DNA of 64,000 bases from Ascidiella aspersa (taxonomy: Eukaryota). The stretch spans positions 2,418,001 to 2,482,000 of the forward strand of contig OZ004607.1 in the NCBI GenBank assembly GCA_963924565.1, read 5' to 3'. The position numbers and the translations under genes were made by a program. The notes below the pieces were generated by a model that was not told the origin of the DNA, searched no databases, and saw nothing but the letters and a program-made list of their open reading frames with translations. Shown in pieces: positions 63,701 through 64,000 of the stretch (its first letter is position 1; the number at the start of each line of letters is the position of its first letter).

Positions 63701-64000
63701 GATAGTGGTTATGTTAGAAATATAACTAGTTATGACAGTGATTAATGCGACTGTTTTAAGATGAAAAATCGGCGGACCATAACGTCCTATTTCACTTATT
63801 AATCTATTAGGCATACCGTTATGAGTTAGTTCAGCAGCTTAGAGCCTAACATACATTAAATACTCCAGTTTGTTATAACGCTTATTAGGTGTAGGCCTAC
63901 AAATATTTAAATAACGGCAAATTGGTGCGTCGATTTTAAATTTTGAAAGGCGGCGCGAGACGTCACACTCCGTTAAGCGAGAGGCATTCTTTCGCCAAGC

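Overview
AT-rich animal (invertebrate-like) genomic DNA; species cannot be determined from this window. It is dominated by a tandem cluster of at least 13 single-coding-exon C2H2 zinc-finger (ZF) loci: about 7 open genes, one late-frameshifted gene, five pseudogenes, plus relics. All share a ~40-aa acidic N-terminal module (SD[D/E]GFSDDS.AT...WSS[Q/E]EH...SE[E/D]SDCE..SDLD) that I do not recognise as KRAB, SCAN, BTB or ZAD. The centre (~17-47.6 kb) is a recent ~7-11 kb tandem segmental duplication whose junctions carry a telomere-like 50-bp satellite. Two later units carry a 5'-truncated Vingi-like LINE (13-bp TSD) and a Penelope-like fragment with a minimal hammerhead ribozyme; the first unit has the empty sites. 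Also present: an intact, very young Gypsy (Mag-like) element with identical 162-bp LTRs, several hAT, Harbinger and CACTA-like MITEs, and a tRNA-like head next to a perfect 79-bp hairpin with a variant (U3-A8) hammerhead core. Coordinates were read by eye and no database searches were run.
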